A DNA stretch of 64,000 bases from Eledone cirrhosa (Eukaryota), in contig OZ024745.1 in the NCBI GenBank assembly GCA_964016885.1, positions 79,732,001 through 79,796,000 on the forward strand, in the 5' to 3' direction. Within the stretch, counting starts at the first letter, position 1. Each line of letters begins with the position of its first letter. The notes under the pieces were generated by a model that saw only the letters and a list, made by a program, of their open reading frames with translations, searched no databases and had not been told where the DNA came from. A program made the translations under genes and the position numbers. Positions 40,112-54,600 of the stretch are shown in pieces.

Positions 40112-40955
40112 TATAGAGAAAAATACTGCAGGTCGCACATGGTAACATGTAATAAAATAAGTCCCTCATCAGTGATTTGCCGAAGATCATAGATATTTCA
40201 TTGCATTAAAAATCATATATCTCACTTCGGTGCAATAATAACCAAAATAAGTTATTAGGACAATTAAAACGCGTAAAGCGAGTGAGACAGGAGAACAACA
40301 GAAAATATAGCATACCTTAGGGGAGAGACAAGCTTCAAAAATTATTCGTTTAGCATAAGCTAGGTGAATATATGAGAGCTGAGAGAATAGTACCAACACA
40401 AACGAAAGCTATTGGGCAGAGAGAGAAAAAATAGCGTTCGTGAGTGCAGGATGAAATGAAGAGAAGAGGGAGAAAAACAGTGAGTGAGTGAAAGTGTGAG
40501 GAAGAGTTAACGGACAAGACAGAGGGGGAGAAACAGAGAGAATGGGGGAACAGTAAGAGAGAGAGAGAAAAAAACACAGAATCGCAGTGGTAAATATATG
40601 TATTAAAATATAGAGAAAAATACTGCAGGTCGCACATGGTAACATGTAATAAAATAAGTCCCTCATCAGTGATTTGCCGAAGATCATAGATATTTCATTG
40701 CATTAAAAATCATATATCTCACTTCGGTGCAATAATAACCAAAATAAGTTATTAGGACAATTAAAACGCGTAAAGCGAGTGAGACAGGAGAACAACAGAA
40801 AATATAGCATACCTTAGGGGAGAGACAAGCTTCAAAAATTATTCGTTTAGCATAAGCTAGGTGAATATATGAGAGCTGAGAGAATAGTACCAACACAAAC
40901 GAAAGCTATTGAGCAGAGAGAGAAAAAATAGCGTTCGTGAGTGCAGGATGAAATA
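40105..40955 (-). mobile_element. Rearranged-hammerhead family, subfamily 3: tandem with 497-bp period; motifs at 40161-40261 and 40658-40758
   Basis: gtcc taataac..gttatta ttgc a ccgaag tga gataTA tgattt ttaat gcaa t GAAAtatc tatgat cttcgg c aaatca CTGATGA g ggac. Confidence 0.82.
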
Positions 40956-40966
40956 TATGTATGTAG

Positions 40967-41002
<36 letters not shown>

Positions 41003-42599
41003 CTACATACATACATATATACATACATTTACGTATGTATATAGCTATGCATTTATAGATTTGTATATATACATGCATTTATATTTAAGTGTGTAAGGAT
41101 GTTGATATGATCTATGTCTTCTTTTTTTGGTAAGGAGAACATTTTTGTCGCCAGATTTTATTACCTAGGGAGTTTAAATACCACACTTCTGGCTGAAAGC
41201 TGACCAGGTTCTCAACTTCATCAAACATTAACGCCGGCCTGTGTGTGTGTATATATGTGTGTGTGTATGTGTATATATGTGTGTGTGTATGTATGTGTAT
41301 ATATGTGTGTATGTATGTATGTATGTATGTATGTATGTATGTATGTATGTATGTGTGTGTATGTTCACCACTATTGCTTCTTCTTGTCATTTTTGTTGTA
41401 GTAGTCCTTATTTTCATCCTCTTTGATTTCTTTTGATTTTCTTTTATCTCCCTAGGGAATTCGTTGACAAGCTTCTTTAATTTATTTTCTTTGTTTTCTT
41501 CATTCAAATCACTGACTGTCTAAGAGATGTACAAATATGACTTATAAAACTTACCAAACTAAAGGGACTTCTAGCACCCTCAAAGTTTCTTTATTGCATA
41601 ACGCCCTCCTAACGCCCCCTTACTGCATAACGCCCCCTGGAGCTACGAAACGTCCCCGGGAGGCATATGCCCCCCGTTGAGAACCTTTATTCTAGACCAT
41701 TCAGGAATCTCTATGTTTCATCGGTTTCGACTCTCATTCAGTCAGAAAAACTAACTTCTTGACACTCTTTATTTTTGCTGCCGTTCGCGTTTTTCTTTTT
41801 TTTTTTTTGTATTTTTTCGTAGTTGTTATGGTTCTTCTAGTTGCTGGTATTGTTGTTGTTTTTGTTTTTGTCTATAATTCTTAAGTGCTACTTTCAGTAT
41901 GTGTTACGCAAAATGACATCCATTATAATTTTGAGAAATTTCCACCCTCACGCGTACAAATACACACATGCACACACATGGTATATATATAAACATACAC
42001 AATGCACTCATGGTACGCACAATATAGTCGGGTATCTTTAAAGCTCGACAATAGTCCTGTCGTTTTATGCATCTGTTGCATTTTGCTTTTCTACATGGGG
42101 GTTGTCTCATTCGATTCATTTAGACTCAGCAAGTTTTTCAATGGTTTAGTCAAACCCTCCCAGATAGATGGGTATTGAAGCAACTCATGTCCAATCAGAA
42201 AAACTGCAGATCAGCTTCTGAAGCGAAAGTAAGACGGAGGAGTGAACAGGGGATCTGGTTTGAATTACTGTAACACTGTGAACGACGCTAAATGCATCCG
42301 AAAATTAAATAGTGGTGTTAAACTAGGTTGTATATTAAGGACTAACTTCCAAATTGTGAACAAATGACACATTCTTTAAATATAGTGTAGACTACCTACA
42401 ACAATGGATTGTACCACTGTCTATGTTACATATATCTTAAATAAAAGAAGGAATTGGTGTTGCTAATAACTAGATGAAGGCATATGACATAGTGGTTAGA
42501 ATGCTGAACTCAGGATTATAAGGCGGTTGATTCAATGTTTTGACTGATTGGTACATTATGTCCTCATGTTAGGTACTTTATTTTAAGTTGCCTAATTCA

Positions 42600-42735
42600 A
42601 GCTAAGCATCGGAGAGAATGCTTTGCGGTATTAGTTTTGGCTCTCTAAATTCTGAGTTCAAATCCTGACGAGGTCAACTATGCATTTTAACCTTTCAAGG
42701 TCGATCATAAAGTGTCAGCCCAGTATTTGGGTTGA
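42600..42735 (+). mobile_element. Old SINE copy
   Basis: tctgagttcaaatcctgacgaggtcaact...ggtcgat. Confidence 0.65.
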
Positions 42736-43506
42736 TTCTTCCTCTATATCACTTTCACACTTCTTCTCTATCACTCCTTCCTGGAAGAAATTAGCAGTGT
42801 TCAAACCTGGAGAGGAGATGGGCTCCACCAGGCTTTAAAAATGCCCAAAATATGCCGTATGTCACTACGGCACCCTACGACTCCACAAAGAATTATGGAT
42901 CAGAAAGAAAGAAGTCGTGCTAAGAGGTAACTTTTCGACAAACTGGATTCTACTTTCAGTCATGTATTCTCAGGGGTTTAAAGTCTTCTGAAAATAACTT
43001 GAACTTTTGGAAACAATGGAACCCCACCTAAATACACACACGCACACGCACGCGCACACACACTCACTACAGAACAACAAAATGTCATCTGAACCATTAT
43101 TGTGAATAGAAGCGGAATTTTCTATTTAAAGCAAGAGAATTTTCAAGTAGATCAATTGGATCCTGACCTGTTGAATTCCACTTCCACCATCACTTCCCCA
43201 CCTTCATAAAGAACATTTATATAAGAAGAGATTTTGAGAGAAAATTCTCATATGTTCTACCTTCCCCCAGAACATGGGGACACACTTTTTAAATATTTGA
43301 TAAGATAACCCTAGCCCTAACCCTAACCGGTGATATTTGACAAAATTTAAATACATTTAATGTAACAATTATAAAAGATTTTATTCTATCGATTAAATGA
43401 AAAAATAATCTTTAAATATACCAAGTGCTTTTTCACTTTTACTTTTTACCTATAATCTTCGATTTGTATGGACCTTTACTCCACTCTTTTTCAACTTTAT
43501 ACATAG

Positions 43507-43536
43507 GGATAGATAGATAGATAGATAAATAGATAA

Positions 43537-43590
<54 letters not shown>

Positions 43591-43618
43591 TTCTTTATTT
43601 AGATAGATAGATAGATAA

Positions 43619-43653
<35 letters not shown>

Positions 43654-43655
43654 TA
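43507..43655. repeat. (GATA)n microsatellite at the left end of the Tx1 array
   Basis: Direct inspection; interrupted by ttctttattt at 43591-43600. Confidence 0.95.
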
Positions 43656-45853
43656 TTTCTTTATTAGCCACAGGGGCACAAAAGAAGGGGACAAATACAA
43701 AGGGGGAAGTTTACATACAATAAAAACGTGTAAAATGTTATCACAAATGGAATTTAAAAAGTTAGTCGATTTTCCCCAATAGAGGGAGACAGTTTATATG
43801 GGTAACACATACCCCCGAAAAAAAATGTGCAACCCTCATCTCCAGGAGTACGAAGAGCTTGTACTCCTTTCCTCTCCTCCTCCTTTTCCTCAACCTACAG
43901 GCTGATATAGAGAGAAGGCCCATTCACTCGGGCCATTCTCGCCACTTTCACCCACCTTTCATAAAACTTGCTGGGGTACAGCACCTCTCTCTCCATCCTG
44001 ATTCTTCTTCCAAAGTGGTATTTGAAAAAAAGAATCAGTTGTTGGCCGGAGAGAAAGGTGTCTGACCTCAGCCCTTTCAACCTTGTCCACCATACAACCT
44101 CTTTCGCCATAGCTATCACACAAAGGAAAACCGCCTCTCCTTCGTTTTTGAAGGAGGGTGGCGGTTTGATCATGACAATGGACTCGGTGGTCAACTGGAT
44201 TGGTCCCACCCGCGACAATAGTCGTTCTACATAGCCCCACAGGTCAGTGACGCCCGGGCAGTGTATGAATGCGTGCGCGACGGTTTCTTCGTCTCGCACG
44301 CACCTCGGACAGATCTTTTTTGCAGGGTCCCTGCCCGGGCGCCCATGTCTGTAGAGCTTGTCTCGAACTGGTAGAGCTCCTCGGTAGCACTGCCAGGCCA
44401 GGGACTTTTGGAAGTTGTCCATCGGTCCCGGGCGGAAGGTCCTACCGAACAGACTGGCCAGTTCATCTTCCTCTACGCCTAGAGTTTCACCGAGAGCGTC
44501 GTCGCACTTGCTGCGGACCAACCCTCTATAGAATGACGAAGTGGAGTCTCCACTGATCGCCGGGTCCGCCTGCCAGAGGGCTGTGAGCGCCTGAGCACAT
44601 TCGATGTGCCAGTCGCCCATTTTCCTCGGTCTTTGCTTGACCCAGGACTGCAGCTCGGTCAGTGAGACGAGCCGTGGGAAGGCTCGCCTCACGAACGGGG
44701 CCACACCGGTTGTCCGGTGAGGAATACGTAGAGATGCCGCAGCCTGAGCGCGTGTTTGCGCATCGTCAACCACGGCATCCCCAGCCCTCCGTTAGAAGGG
44801 TGTTGGCAGCAGATGGATCTTCTCACCAAAGGAGCCCGCCTCTTCCAAAGGAATCGGAAGAGCGCGCGCTCCATTTTGGCGAGCGTTTTGGCTGGACAAG
44901 GCATGACGGTCAAGCGGTAGTAGCTGGCGGACGCTATAAAAGTGTTCGCCACCTCCGCTCGACCTTTCAAGGATAGTTTGCACTCGGCCCACTTCTGGGT
45001 GAGTGCAAACACCTTGGCCGTCACTTCGTTCCAGTTCTTCTCCACCTGGAGGTCCGGACCAAACCAGACCCCGAGCAGCTTTACCGGTCCTTCCGTCCAG
45101 CGTCCGACGACGCCATCGGAAGGCATCGGTCTGCCTCTCCACGATCCGAGTTGCAAACCGATGGACTTGTCCCGGTTCAGCTTCGCTCCTGTGAGACTTT
45201 CGTATTCCTTTAGTAAGGTGCCGACCTCCTCGATTTGCGAGGCGCTCGACACCATTACTGTCACGTCGTCGGCGTAGGCCGTCGCCGCTTTCCGCAGTCC
45301 CGGTTCCAGAGGGATGCCCTGCAATAGCTCCAGCTTCCGCAGTAGTGGCTCGAGAGTCAGTACGTACAGAAGGGAGGAGAGAGGGCATCCCTGTCGAATG
45401 GATCGCGTAATATGGAACGGCTCCGAGAGGTAGCCGTTCACCTTGACCCTTGAGCAGATGTTGCTGTTGTGCATTGCAGCAATCCAGCCCCTGAACACGG
45501 GTCCGAAGCCTGCCGCCTCGAGCACCGCATCCAAGTAACGATGGTCAACCCTATCGAAAGCCTTAGACTGATCCAAGTTGATCAGGGCCCCACCGAAGCC
45601 GGGTTTACACCCTACCCTCTCTATGATTATCGCATGAGGTGGAGGTTGTCGTGTATGGACCTGGTCGGGATTGCGCATGTCTGCGCTTCTCCCACCAGGT
45701 TCTCGACGACAAGCGCCAGCCTCTTTGCCAACACCTTGGCCAAAATCTGTAACTCTGTGTTTAGCAGAGTTATGGGCCGGAAGTTGCCTATGTCATCCCC
45801 CTTATTCTCGTCCTTCCTGATTAGTGTGACCACGCCCCCGGTTACAGAACTGG
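43656..45853 (-). mobile_element. Tx1-type retrotransposon (copy C1), 5'-truncated within RT
   Basis: FRPITLLN, QGCPLS, YADD, CPRC..H..C; the truncation point abuts (GATA)n. Confidence 0.93.
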
Positions 45854-45907
<54 letters not shown>

Positions 45908-45908
<1 letters not shown>

Positions 45909-48900
45909 TTCTTTATTTGCCACAAGGGCGCACAAGAAAAGGGGACAATACAAAGATATGCCGGGGATTTTACATACAGTCGTGTAAAAAAATATAAAAA
46001 CAAACAATTACAACAATCGAAATCCCCAATAGGGCGAAGCGTCACAAATGGGTTGTTTAATACCCCGTCGATAGAACAACCCTCAACTCCAGGAGCGTGT
46101 TGTGCAAGTGCTCCTTTCTTCCTTTTGCTCTCTTCTTCAACTTACAGGCTTATAAACAGAGAAGGCCCAATCACTCGGGCCATTTTCGCTTCATTCACCC
46201 ACCTTTCAGTAAATTTACTGGGTTGCAGTGCCTCTCTCTCCCCTCTGATTCTCCTTCTAAAGTGATACTTAAAGAAGGGAATCAAAGGTTGTCCGGAGAC
46301 AAATGCATCTGTCCTCAGTCCTCTCAATCTCGTCCACCATATAACTTCTTTCACCATAGCTACTGTACAGAGGAAAACCGCCTCTCTTTCGTTTTTGTAA
46401 GAGGCTGGCGGTTTGATCCTTACTATGGACTCGGTAGTCAACTGGATTTGTCCCATACGCGACAGCAGTTGTTCTGCATAGTTCCACAGGTCGGTTACGC
46501 CAGGGCAGTGTACAATTGCGTGCAGGACTGTTTCAATGTCCTGCGCGCATCTTGGACACGTCCTCTTGGAAGGATCCCTGCCGGAGCGTCCGCCCCTGTA
46601 GATCTTGTCACGAACCGGTAGAGCTCCTCGGTAGCACTGCCAGGCCAGGGACCTCTGGAAGTTGTCCATCGGGCGGAAAGTCCTATCAAACAGACTGGTG
46701 AGCTCATCGTCTTCGACACCCAGAGTCTCTCCGAGCACGTCGTCGCTCTTATAACGTACAATCCCTCTATAGAATGTCGAAGTGGAGTCTCCACTGATTG
46801 CTGCGCCCGCTTGCCAGAGGACTGTGAGCGCCTGAGCGCATTCAAAGTGCCAGGCGCCCATCGTGTTCGGTCTTTTCTTGACCCATGACTGCAGCTCCGT
46901 CAGCGAGACGAGCTGTGGGAAAGCCTGTCTCACAAACGGTGCCCACACCGGTTGAGGGTCGGTGAGGAATACCTGGAGATGCCGCAGCCTCAGCGCATGT
47001 TTGCGCATCATCAGCCACGGCATTCCCAGCCCTCCGTTGGAAGGGTGCTGACAGCAGACGGATCACCTCACCAGCGGAGCCTGCTTCTTCCACAGAAACT
47101 GGAAGAGCATGCGTTCCATCTTGGCGAGGTGTTCACGGGGACAAGGCACGACAGTCAAGCGGTAGTAGATGACGGACGCTATGAAAGTGTTCGCCACCCC
47201 AGCTCGACCTTTCAAGGACAGTTTGCACTCTGACAACTTCTGGGTGAGTGCAAACACCTTGACCGTGACCTCGTTCCAGTTTTTCTCCACCTGGAGGTCA
47301 GGACCGAACCAGACCCCGAGCAATTTCACCGGTCCGTCCGTCCAGCGTCCAACGACGCTGTCGGACGTCATCGGTTTGCCTCTCCACGTACCGAGGTGCA
47401 AACCGACAGACTTGTCCGGGTTTAGTTTTGCTCCCGTCAACGTTTCGTATTCTTTTAGTAAGTTGCCGATTGCCGAGGTGCTTGACACCATTACCGTCAC
47501 GTCGTCGGCATAAGCCGACGCCGCTTTGCGCAGTCCCGGTTCTAGAGGGATGCCCTGCAACAGCTCCAATTTCCGCAGTAGTGGCTCTAGAGTCAATACA
47601 TACAGAATGGAGGAGAGAGGGAACCCCTGTTGAATGGAACGCGTGATTGCGAACGGCTCCGATAGGTAGCCGTTCACCTTGACCCTCGAGCAGATGCTGG
47701 TGTGCATCGCCTCGATCCAGCCTCTGAAAACGGGACCGAAACCGGCGCCTTGAGAACCGCTTCCAAGTATCGATGGTCGACCCTATCGAATGCCTTAGAC
47801 TGATCCAAATTGATCAGAGCCCCACCGAAGCCGGGTTTACTACCCACCCTCTCTATGATGTATCGCATGAGTTGGAGGTTGTCGTGTATGAACCTGGTCG
47901 GGATTGCACACGTTTGCGCTTTCCCTTCCAGGTTCTCGACGACAAGCGCCAACCTCGTCGCTAGCACCTTGGCCAAAATATTTAACTCTGTGTTGAGCAG
48001 AGTTATGGGCCTGAAGTTGTTAATTCCGTCCCCCTTGTTCTCGTCTTTCCTGATCAGCGTTACTACGCCCTTGCCTGCAGAACTGGGAATTCTCCAGTTC
48101 TGCTGCCAATTGCAGTAGACGGCTTCGAGGACGCCAGAGAACAAGTCCGGCATGCCTATGTAAAACTCATAGGGGAGACCATCTAGACAGGGTGACTTGC
48201 GTTTCCCGCGGTCTTTCGCAGAACTCGGCGTCCGTGTTCGAGAGACGCGGCAGGCTGTCGAGGTATGAACTAAAGTCCATTGCCCCGTTCGGCTCACCGT
48301 CATTCTGCTCAAACAGTCGCGCAAAGTGCTGCTGAAAGGCCGCGCACATTTGCTTGGGGTCAAGTAGCACGCGTCCGTTTTGGTCATTCAAAGACCGAAT
48401 CGTGGACTTGTTGCCACTTTTCGCCTCCGCCACTCGGGCCCAGCTGACAGCTTTCGCCCCTTCGTTTCCTAGAGCACGTGTTTTGCTTCTGACCACGCAG
48501 CCTTCATGTTTCGCATCGAAGAACTGGTCCAGTGCCGTTCCCGTGCTAACACTCTAGCCGCGTTGTCACTTCTAAGTGCCTCCTCTACCTTGGCTACTAA
48601 TTCTCTTTCTATTTTGTTTTTCTCTAAGGCTAACTCTCTGCTATACGCTATCGATTCTATTCTAATTGCTTTCTTGGGAGAGTACCACCATCTATTGTTG
48701 ACGGTGGCTCCCATTAACTGTTGCTTGACTAGTATACTTATCCGTTCACTGTAAGCTTTACGTGCCGGCAACGACACGTTCAGCTTCCAGTATCCGGGTC
48801 CTTGTTTAAGTGTTCTATCACGGTTGACTAAGCAGACGACTAATTTTTGATCTGAATAGGCAACCATGTGCATTCGTGGACAGCTTAACATCTCCTTGTC

Positions 48901-51672
48901 CCTTTCTCTAATGAAGAACCTATCTAAATACGATCTAGATGTCCCGCTGCGGTTTGCCCACGTCCACTGTGGTGCCATCGGGAAATCCAGTCGATACCTA
49001 TCGGCCAGTTGGAATTGGCCGATTAAAGTTTTGAGGCTGTTGCACCCCCCTCTACTGGGACATGCTCCCACATAGTCCCATCGTGCATCTAGGATACCAT
49101 TCCAGTCCCCCACTAAAAGTAAGGAGTGAGACGTTCCCAGAAAAGACTCTAGACGCTTAAAGAAGTCTGGCCGTGATTGCGATTGCCTGGTCGGGGTATA
49201 AACGGCCACCAGTCTGAAGGCTCCATCTCCAATACTGTTCACGTCTAGGACTACCAGTCTACCATCCGGGTCCAAGTGTACTTGCTGTACTTCGACGTCT
49301 AGGTTCTTCCGAAACATGACAGCCACTCCCCCTCCACCTCCTGGCTGACAGAGAGATGCGTAGATCTGAAAGTCGTCGAAGATGGGGGTTAGTTGCTGTT
49401 GTGGATCCTGGACTCGGTGATGGCTATCACATCCATACCGTGTGACCTAAGGTCGTTTAAAAGTTGGCTCTGTTTCCAGGGCATCCCTAGGCCACGCACA
49501 TTCACGCTTCCAACTCGTAAACTAGCCATGTTGGTGAAGAAGAGTTGAAGAAAAAGGACGAAAGGTGCACTTACCTTTTCGTTTCCTGGAGATCGGGTTG
49601 TTCAATCTCCATTTGGCTGTTGGATGGGGTATTGGGTGGGGTGGGAAACATTTTAACAGGACGTGGTTAATGGGTTTCTGGCAGGGGTTGCCCACGTCCT
49701 GTGAAAATTTATTTTTCAGGTCATTATAGGTTTCCATAGAAACCTTTATAAGTTTAAGGTGTGGAGATGATTCTGCCTTGACGAAAGTTTTGCCCTCCGT
49801 CTCCATCTTGGGGTTTTGGGAGATGACCTCCATCAAACTCTTGTTGTTTGTGTTGATGTATGCGTATTGTTGTTTGTGTTTTTGTTGTGTTGTTTTAGTT
49901 TGTTGTTCGTTCGGGAGTTTTCTTTTTATGGTGGGTGCTTGTGTTTGGGTGGTGTTGGTGTTGGTTTTGCTGGTAGGGGGATGTTTGACTGTGGTGTTGT
50001 TTGTGTTGTTGTTTGTGTCTGTGGTTGAGTGTTGGTGTTGGTGATTGGAGTTTTTGGCATTTTGTGGTGTCTCCTTTTTTGTTTTTTAGATCTCCGCGGC
50101 TCTCCCTCTTCTTCACTTAAAGAAGGAGAAGCAGCTTCATCCGTCGATGAATAATCATCGTCAGGAGTGTGGGGTAGGGGTATGTTGTGTGGTGGTGGTG
50201 TTTCGGTGTGTGTGTTTGTGGTAGTGTTTGATGGAGTGGGATGGAGTGGGGCTGTGTTCTTCAGGGGTGTTGTCTCTGTTTTTTCTGTTGTTGTTGGTTG
50301 AGTGGCTGTTTGTTTTGGTGTGGTTGCTCGTTTCGTCTGTCGTTGTACTTGTGGTGGTGGTGGTTGTTTTGGTGTAGGTGTTGGTAATAGTGTTTTTTTA
50401 ATGATGTTGTTGTGGTGTGTTTGTGAAGGACAAGAGGCTTTTAGGTGTGCTGTGCTACCACAGCGAAAGCAATGAAATTTTCGTCCTACTACTGAAATGT
50501 TTATTTTGTTGTTATCATCGATGACGACTCTTTTGGGTATTTTGGAGATTTTCTCCAGCCTCATTTGCAACAGAATCTCCAAATCAGTACCCGCCCACCT
50601 TTGTCGAATAGACTTTCGTATCGAAAGAATCATATCAGTTTCTGGCTCTACGAAGGCAGCTAAGATCCACCAGATGTTAATGTTTGGTGGTATATTTTTA
50701 TTTTTTATTTTTTGTGTCCTTTTTCCCATGTATGTAGGGAAAAAAGTGAATGCTTTTGACACTATTGGTGTCACAGAATGTTTTTGGGCGAGTGCCCCGC
50801 TTTTAAACAGTACGGAAACACTTCGTACTATTTTCCTCGTTGGAGAAATTCGATATTTGCTAGAATTTCTTTCAGGGTATTTTCTATATCTCCCTGACTA
50901 ACAAATATTGGCTTTCTCGTGGTATTGGCCACAATCCTAAAGATCTTTCGCACTGTGTCTTCTTTTATTTCAAGGGGTGAGTTAATTCTAAACCCACCCT
51001 TCTCTTCGAAAGTTACAAATTTTCTCTCTTGCTGGAGCATATCTCTTGCAATGGAGATGTCAAGATTTATAAAATCTTGTTTTTTGTTCACTGTTTCAGC
51101 GAAAGACATTTTTTTTTGTGTGGTGTTGCTGTTGTTGTTGTTATCGTTGTTAGCCTCGGTGTTGGAAATGTCAGTTCCTTGATGAGGTGAAACTTTATGT
51201 GTAGATGTATCTGTGGAGTTGTTGATGTTTTTTTCATGTGTATGTATGTTAATGGGTTTAATTCCTGTGTTTTCATTTTTTTTTCTGCTTCGACGGTAGA
51301 AATTGTACAATCTTCAAGTGGCAATATTTTTTTCCTTTTGTTAACAGTCGTATCTATGGCGACCTCCATAGTAGCAGAAGCAGATATAACGTTAAAATCT
51401 GCCATCTGCCTCTTTCTCTCTCTTTTCTCTGTTGACGTTCTCCAGCGTTCCCTTCGTGTTATTCATGTTTTATAGTTGGCAAAGTTTGATATTTTAAAAC
51501 AATTTTTAAATTAAATTTTCGCCCCTAAAGGAGCGAAAAATAGGATTACCACCCAGCTGACAATTCAGCTTGGGGGTTAATCTACAAAATAATATGTTTT
51601 TTCAAACAATTTGTTCTGTTTTTCGTATATAAATTTACAAAAAATCTTACCCGCGATGTTCCACGCGTCAGA
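45908..51672 (-). mobile_element. Full-length degenerate Tx1-type retrotransposon (copy C2)
   Basis: 5' UTR, ORF1 ~51466-49522 (CFRCGSTAHLKASC), ORF2 49529-46142 starting MASLRVGSVNVRG, 3' UTR; multiple frameshifts. Confidence 0.93.
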
Positions 51673-51694
51673 CAGAGAGAGATAGATAGATAGA

Positions 51695-54600
51695 TTTATT
51701 TATTTACCATAAAGGCATAAAAGGAAGCGACAAATACAAAGGGGGAGTTTACATATAATCGAGTAAAAAGGGTGTAACATGAAAATAATCGAAAATAACC
51801 TCAAAAGGGAGGGGACGTGATGGGGGTTGCACACACCCCCGAAAAAGTGTGCAATCCTTTGCCCGGGGAGCACATGGAGAAGGTGCTCCCCTCTCCTTTA
51901 CTTCTTTACCTACAGGATGGTATACAGAGAAGGCCCATTTACACGAGCCATTCTCGCCACTATCACCCACCTTTCATAAAACTGCCTGTGGCCAAGCACC
52001 TCTCTCTCCATTCTTATCCTTCTTCCGAAGTGATATCGGAAGAAGTAGACCAGACTATGGCCAGAGAGGAAGTTGCCTGACCTTTCAATCGTGTCCACCA
52101 AACAACCTCTTTCAACATGGCTATTACGCACAGAAAAACCGCCTTTGCTTCCTTTGTGAAGAGGGGAGGCGGTTTGATTGTCATCACGGACTCGGCGGTC
52201 AATTTAATCGGCGCCACCCGCGACAGCAGTCGTTCGGCGTAGCCCCACAGATCAGCCACGCCCGGACATTGCACCAATGCGTGCGCAACGGTTTCTTCGT
52301 GACGCACGCATCTAGGGCAAATCTTTTTTGAGGGATCCCTGCCCGGGCGCCCGTGTCTGTAGAGCCTCTCTCGAACGGGTAGAGCCCCCCGGTAGCACTG
52401 CCAGGCCAGTGACTTCTGGAAGTTGTCCATTGGTCCTGGGCCGAAAGTCCTACCGAACAGGCTGGCCAGTTCGTCTTTTTCCATGTCCAGCGACTCTCCA
52501 AGGGTGTCATCGCCCCTGCTAGCCACCAGCTCTCTATAGAATGATGAGGTGGATTCTCCACCGATGGCCTGGCCCGCTTGCCAGAGAGCCCTGAGCGCCT
52601 GAGCACACTCAGTGTGCCAGTCTCCCAGTTTTCCGGATCTTTGCTTGACCCAGGACTGTAGCTCGGTGAGCGAGACGAGTCTCGGAAAGGCTCGTTTCAC
52701 GAACGGAGCCCACACCGGTTGACCAGTGAGGAATACCTGTAGGTGCCGTAGCCTTAATGCGTGCCTACGCATCATCAACCACGGCATCCCCAGCCCTCCT
52801 TTCGAAGGTTGTTGGCAGCAGATGGATCTTCTCACCATAGGAGGGCGCTTCTTCCAAAGAAATTGGAAGAGCATGCGTTCCATGGTGGTGAGTGTTTCCT
52901 TAGGGCAAGGCACGACAGTCAGGCGGTAGTAAGTGACGGACGCTATGTAAATGTTCGCCACCTCCGCCCGGCCTTTTAGGGACAGCTTACACTTGGCCCA
53001 TTTCTGGGTTAGTGCAAACACCTTGTTCGTAACCTCGTTCCAGTTCTTTTCCACCTGGAGGTCCGGTCCAAACCAGACCCCAAGCAACTTTACCGGGCCC
53101 TCCGTCCAGTGTCCGACGACACCGTCAGGAGGCATCGGTCTGCCTCTCCACGTTCCGAGTTGCAGCCCGATGGATTTTTCCCGGTTCAGTTTCGCTCCTG
53201 ACAACCTTTCGTACTCCTCCAGTAAGGTACCGATCGCCTGATCTCCGAGTCGGTCGATACCATTACTGTTACGTCATCGGCGTAGGCCGACACCGCTTTG
53301 CTCAATCCTGGTTCCAGGGGGATACCCTGCAACAACTCCAACTTCCTCAGTAAAGGCTCGAGAGTCAATACGTACAGAAGGGAGGAGAGAGGGCACCCCT
53401 GTCGAATGGATCGTGTGATTTCGAACGGCTTCGAAAGGTAGCCGTTCACCTTGATCCTAGAACAGATGTGGTTGCTATGTAAGGCAGTTATCCAGCTTCT
53501 GAAAACAGGACCGAACCCAGCCGCCGCTAGCACCGCATCCAGGTAACCATGGTCGACCCTATCGAAGGCCTTAGACTGATCCAAGTTGATCAGGGCCCCA
53601 CCGAAGCCGGGTTTGTTGCCAACCCTCTCTATGATGTATCGCATGAGGTGGAGGTTATCGTGAATGGACCTGGATGGGATAGCACATGTCTGCGCATCTC
53701 CCACCAGGCCACCCACGACAAGCGCCAACCTCTTTGCTAACACCTTGGCCAAAATCTTTAACTCTGTGTTTAGCAGGGTTATGGGCCGAAAATTATTTAT
53801 ACTATCCCCCTTGTTCTCGTCCTTCCTCACCAGCGTGACTGGGCCCTTGGCTACAGAACAAGGAATTCTCCCGTTCTGCTGCCAATTGCAGTAGACCGCT
53901 TCGAGGAGTTCGGAGAAGAAGACCGGCATTGCTAAATAAAGTTCGTAAGGTATACCATCGAGACCTGGAGATTTGCGTCTGCTGCATTGGCTCAGCGCAT
54001 CTCCGATCTCATCAGCCGAGATTGGTCCCTCGCAGGACTCTGCCTCTTCGCTCGAGAGACGCGGCAGGCCGTCGAGGTATGGACCGAAATCCACGCCCCC
54101 GCCCGGACCCTCGCCTCCCCCGAACAATCGGGCAAAGTGCCTTTGAAAGGCCTCGCACATCTGCTTAGGCTCCCGGATCACCCGTCCATCTTCGTCTTGC
54201 AACGACCGGATGGTGGATCGATTTCCACTCTTAGCTTCTGTCACGCGGGCCCATCCAACGGCTTTGGCCCCCTCATTACCTAGAGCACGTATTTTACTTC
54301 GAATGACGCAGCCTTCGTGCTTTGCATCGAAAAACTGGTTCAAGGCCGTCCTCGATGGCAGCACTCTGGCCACATCTTCGCTCTTGATTGCCTCTTCTAA
54401 TTTACCTGTTAATTCTTTCTCGTTTCTATTCCTATCGGCAGCTAACATCTTGCTATAACTTATTGATTCTGTTCTAATCTCTCTTTTGAGAGATGCCCAC
54501 CATCGGTTGTTGACGATTGCACCCGTCAACCTCTCCTTAACTAATCTGCTAATCCGGTTTCTGTAAGTCTCTTTTGCCGGTAAAGACAAATTAAGTTTCC

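Larger units (their letters stand above)
34671..41689. mobile_element. 7-kb hAT-type composite element with ~650-bp inverted arms and 8-bp TSD TTCTAGAC
   Basis: ttctagac at 34663-34670 and 41690-41697; ends taaaggttctcaacgggggg / ccccccgttgagaaccttta; 34671-35325 is the inverted copy of ~40990-41689. Confidence 0.85.
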
